Below, one piece after another: positions 60,827 to 64,000 of a DNA stretch of 64,000 nucleotides (positions within the stretch are counted from its first letter, which is position 1; every line of letters begins with the position of its first letter). Source of the stretch: Chloroflexota bacterium. Its GTDB lineage: Bacteria; Chloroflexota; UBA11872; VXOZ01. The stretch is from contig OZ244922.1 in NCBI GenBank assembly GCA_965221905.1, positions 3,360,001-3,424,000 on the forward strand. The letters run 5' to 3'. Under the pieces are notes generated by a model. That model was not told the origin of the DNA and did not search any database. It saw nothing but the letters and a program-made list of their open reading frames with translations. The position numbers and the translations under genes are program-made.

Positions 60827-61708
60827 ATGGATGACGTAATTCTGGAAACGGCGCTCCCCATACCCCTGTTCGCGCGCGGGAAAGTGCGCGACATGTACGA
60901 TCTCGGCGACCGGTTGCTGATCGTCACGACCGATCGCATTTCGGCCTTTGACGTGGTGCTGCCGTTGGGGATTCCTGAGAAAGGCCGGGTGCTCAATCAA
61001 CTCTCTGCATTTTGGTTCCAGCGCATGGGACACCTCATCCCAAACCACCTCATCACCACAGACGTAGCGGCATACCCGGCTGCACTGCAGGCCGACCGTG
61101 AAATGCTGGCGGGGCGCAGCATGCTAGTGCGCAAAGCAGAGCGGATCGATGCCGAGTGCGTGGTGCGGGGCTATCTCGCGGGTACCGGCTGGCGCGACTA
61201 CGTACGCACCGGTGAAGTCTGCGGCCACAAACTGCCACCGGGTATGGTGGAGAGCCAGGAGTTTTCTGAGCCCATCTTTACGCCCGCTGCTAAGGCCGAG
61301 ACCGGCCACGACGAGAACATTTCGCGCACAGAACTGGCCTCGTGTATCGGCACGGAGCTCGCGGCACGCCTCGAAGAGGCATCGCTTGCCATCTACAACT
61401 TCGGGCGCGCAGAGGCCCGAAAGGCCGGCCTGATCGTGGCTGATACGAAATTCGAGTTCGGCCTGTGCGGAGACGAGCTAATTCTGATCGACGAGGCATT
61501 TACGCCGGATTCGTCGCGCTACTGGGATACTGACATCTACGAGCCCGGTCGTCCCCAGCCGAGCTACGACAAAGAATTCGTGCGTGAGTGGCTGCGCCAG
61601 AGCGGCTGGAACATGGAACCCCCGGCCCCCATGCTACCGGACGAAATCGTGCAGAAGACGAGCGAGAAATACCAAGAAGCCCTGCGCCGCATCACGGCGA
61701 TTCCCTAG
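60827..61708 (+). CDS. purC: Phosphoribosylaminoimidazole-succinocarboxamide synthase
   Basis: GKVRDMY, TDRISAFD, ECVVRGYL, ADTKFEFG, TPDSSRYW, SYDKEFVR. Confidence 0.95.
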   Translation: MDDVILETALPIPLFARGKVRDMYDLGDRLLIVTTDRISAFDVVLPLGIPEKGRVLNQLSAFWFQRMGHLIPNHLITTDVAAYPAALQADREMLAGRSMLVRKAERIDAECVVRGYLAGTGWRDYVRTGEVCGHKLPPGMVESQEFSEPIFTPAAKAETGHDENISRTELASCIGTELAARLEEASLAIYNFGRAEARKAGLIVADTKFEFGLCGDELILIDEAFTPDSSRYWDTDIYEPGRPQPSYDKEFVREWLRQSGWNMEPPAPMLPDEIVQKTSEKYQEALRRITAIP

Positions 61709-61738
61709 AGCAACCAGACATACAATTCTGGTCAATCG

Positions 61739-62194
61739 TTACAGAATGTGTAATCTGCGCATTGTCCACTTACAAATTGAGTGCCAGACGTATTTCCACA
61801 ATACCGGTGATGTTGCGTCTTTCACTATGCAAGTGCCCAGGCCAATGACTCCGCCAAATTCCTCTGCCTTCTTGTAGCGGTCCTGGATTCGTATTCTTGT
61901 GATCCGCTCTTCAGACATGGCTGGTGCCCACTCAACCTTATTGCGTTTGATCCAGTAGTGGGATCGACACGCAATGCTCCAGTTACCAATTGACGGCTGA
62001 AGAGAAACGGACTTGCCGTCGAAGGTCATTTGCCAGTCAGTAGGGTCTAGGGGCGTGACTACTTCGATCCCGCAACCGCAACAACACTTGTGGACTACTG
62101 TTGCGAAAGGAATTGACACGTACAGTACACCCTCGACTAGGTCTTCAGGGATGAAATGAACGAACTCGTGGAAGAGAGAGTTGATTCGAGTCAC
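61739..62194 (-). CDS. DUF6527-like protein
   Basis: GVLYVS...HKCCCGCG..VVTPL..DW...SLQPSIGNW..ACRSHYWI; GTGA overlap with the upstream gene. Confidence 0.85.
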   Translation of the reverse strand: MTRINSLFHEFVHFIPEDLVEGVLYVSIPFATVVHKCCCGCGIEVVTPLDPTDWQMTFDGKSVSLQPSIGNWSIACRSHYWIKRNKVEWAPAMSEERITRIRIQDRYKKAEEFGGVIGLGTCIVKDATSPVLWKYVWHSICKWTMRRLHIL

Positions 62195-63363
62195 GTTTGG
62201 TTCTCGTTGATCAGACTGTTACCATCTATCTCGTAATAGCAAGAGTGCTCACTCTCTAGGTCTGTATAGAATCCCATGAGCTTTTTCCACTTGATCACAG
62301 CCAAAGCTGCATTCAAAGCGTTGAGATCGGCAATCTGAATGTTGCGTAAGTATTCATTCTCGCCATTTTCATCTGAGAACGGTATGGTCGAGTGAATGTG
62401 GCTGCGTTCGTCAACTGTACTTGTTGTAACTCTCAACACGCCAAGCAGTGAACCGTCTACTTCGTTCACCCCCATCCCTGCATCTATGAATGGCACGCCG
62501 AACTCACACAGCTTCTCAACCACGAGTCTCCTGCTAAATCCCCTATCGACCGCTAGAAAGACAAAATCCATATTGCGAAGCCTATCAATTGTCGATTCTT
62601 CAAGGAAGTCATGGGCGAAAATGCGGTTCCGCATCTGAGAATAAACGTTGCAAAAGTACTCGGCTTTCTGTGGCGCCTTTACCAGGGTCTCCAAAGACGG
62701 CGCTCCGGGTGAGCGAAACGCGTTATGCTGCCCAAACCTGTCACCATCGAATAGATGGATTTCTTTCACGGGCGTCTTAGCTACTAGGTCAAGAATGTAT
62801 GAGCCAGTGCCCCCCAGTCCAACAATCGCTACTGCGCCGATGGCAAGTTTATCGGTCACAGCGACGATGCCAGATCGGCTCGACGCCGTATCAATATACT
62901 TAAACACCGAGTCGTCACCTTGAGGCTCGACAATCGAGAAGGTTTGGATCTTCAAGTTAGGATTGATGGATAGAGCGGGCCCAGAAACGATATGCGCGTA
63001 GGTGGTCATCTTCTCGTAATAGTCGTGGTACCCTTCACTTGGCTTGCTTGAAAACGTATGGTCAATCACTAGACCACTAGCTAGCTCCCTGCGGGTGCTG
63101 GAGTTATGGATCTGCGTTAGTGGACGTCCCTCTTGGTCGCAAGGCATCTCTCCGGCGAACATCACAACATGAGTACTCGGTCTTGCTGTGACATTGCCTG
63201 CTAACGACAATTCTGCAACCAAAGTGCCTCGGGAAATGTTGCGCTCGCTCGTGACGTAAGGGATGCCTCTTAATAGAAGATGGCCGGATCGGATCTCAAC
63301 TTCGTGCCCTTCGCCTTGAAGCCGACTGAGGTCCGGGCTAAGACTTATCAGTGATTGTGACAT
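62191..63363 (-). CDS. E2-like (DUF6791-type) domain fused to ThiF/E1 adenylyltransferase
   Basis: N-terminal LLLRGIPYV...HVVMFAGEMPC...FSSKP..GY.DYYEKMTTY; C-terminal VGLGGTGSYILD, LFDGD, HNAFR, DFVFLAVD, PFIDAGMG. Confidence 0.88.
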   Translation of the reverse strand: MSQSLISLSPDLSRLQGEGHEVEIRSGHLLLRGIPYVTSERNISRGTLVAELSLAGNVTARPSTHVVMFAGEMPCDQEGRPLTQIHNSSTRRELASGLVIDHTFSSKPSEGYHDYYEKMTTYAHIVSGPALSINPNLKIQTFSIVEPQGDDSVFKYIDTASSRSGIVAVTDKLAIGAVAIVGLGGTGSYILDLVAKTPVKEIHLFDGDRFGQHNAFRSPGAPSLETLVKAPQKAEYFCNVYSQMRNRIFAHDFLEESTIDRLRNMDFVFLAVDRGFSRRLVVEKLCEFGVPFIDAGMGVNEVDGSLLGVLRVTTSTVDERSHIHSTIPFSDENGENEYLRNIQIADLNALNAALAVIKWKKLMGFYTDLESEHSCYYEIDGNSLINENQT

Positions 63364-63592
63364 TAAAGATTGTTCCTTTCTGAATCTTTACCTTTTGGTC
63401 AGGAAAGAGCCGCCCATTTGGTGGTCTACCCGCGCCGTCGCGATAGGTGACAGTTATCTCGATATACGGACCCGATGGCACTGGATCGTAGGCGAGTAAG
63501 ACGACGACGTCGAAAGATATTTCATCAGAATTGACTACCTTCTTGCGGCCGTTCACGATAATCTGTACTTTTTCCTTTTCGTCAATCATCAT
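63338..63592 (-). CDS. Single-domain Multi-ubiquitin-type ubiquitin-like protein ending in DKS
   Basis: IIVNGR...ISFD.VV.LAY...TVTY...VKIQKGTIFNVT.TDKS; AAGGAG RBS. Confidence 0.85.
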   Translation of the reverse strand: MMIDEKEKVQIIVNGRKKVVNSDEISFDVVVLLAYDPVPSGPYIEITVTYRDGAGRPPNGRLFPDQKVKIQKGTIFNVTITDKS

Positions 63593-63600
63593 TAGACTCC

Positions 63601-63703
63601 TTGCAATGTTGCAAAAACAATTATCAGTACCATATGTGGTACACTTTCAATCTACACTGTGCGTACTGCCCGTGTCAACCCAAAATGGTACTTGTACCGT
63701 TTT
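63601..63703. promoter_or_regulatory. Divergent promoter region with palindromic operator candidates
   Basis: ttgcaa-tg-ttgcaa (63601-63614), gtacca-tatg-tggtac (63627-63642), aaaatggtac-tt-gtaccgtttt (63682-63703). Confidence 0.6.
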
Positions 63704-63719
63704 AAGTACAGGAGGTTTT

Positions 63720-64000
63720 ATGGCTGCAGGTAAGATAGAGCTTGGTGACCTAGGCCGTCTTGTCGCGGCTGAGCGGGATCGACGCGGCCTAAGTCTTCGC
63801 GAAGCGGCAAGTGCGATTGGAATTCCCTTCAACACCCTGGCGCGAGTGGAAAAGGGACACGTGCCTGACCTTCCAAAGTTCAAGAGGCTCGTGGAGTGGT
63901 GTGGTGCCGATATAAACCAGTTCTTTGAATGGCAGGAGAAAGCTGCGTCGACAACAGACATTATCGCTGAACACCTTCGATCTGATCCAAGTCTGCCTGC
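63720..64000 (+). CDS. XRE-family HTH transcriptional regulator (runs off the window)
   Basis: Not in the ORF track. AGGAGG RBS, then MAAGKIELGDLGRLVAAERDRRGLSLREAASAIGIPFNTLARVEKGHVPDLPKFKRLVEWCG...; no stop before the window end. Confidence 0.88.
   Translation, partial: MAAGKIELGDLGRLVAAERDRRGLSLREAASAIGIPFNTLARVEKGHVPDLPKFKRLVEWCGADINQFFEWQEKAASTTDIIAEHLRSDPSLP

Noticed and set aside
60715-60996. N-terminal extension of the VOC protein overlapping purC
   Set aside because: The VOC domain begins at ATG 60714 with its own RBS; the extension is antisense to purC.

Overview
GC-rich bacterial chromosomal window, probably Chloroflexota (inferred from protein style; no rRNA is present to confirm it). 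The backbone carries housekeeping and carbohydrate/organic-acid catabolic genes: dapA, eda-like aldolase, UbiD/MqnL-like decarboxylase, family-4 UDG, pgsA, rodZ-like, glpK, purB, purC, tRNA-Lys(CTT), several Gfo/Idh/MocA, SDR and amidohydrolase genes, and two GT-C type glycosyltransferases. Small AT-richer defence-like islets interrupt it: an HNH gene, a Type II R-M pair, an AAA-ATPase/DUF4276 pair and, at the right end, a bacterial ubiquitination-like operon (Ubl ending in DKS, E2-like/ThiF-E1 fusion, DUF6527 protein) with a divergent XRE regulator and palindromic operator candidates. Intergenic DNA is rich in several REP-like palindrome families, two REP-containing tandem arrays (129-bp and 217-252-bp units) and several non-autonomous TIR elements that carry REPs and sit inside REPs, including a nested insertion and a two-copy 318-bp MITE. 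A multi-stem candidate RNA leader precedes a BtrH-like gene that has a basic N-terminal helix and lacks the expected catalytic Cys. All family assignments come from motif recognition by eye; no database search was run.
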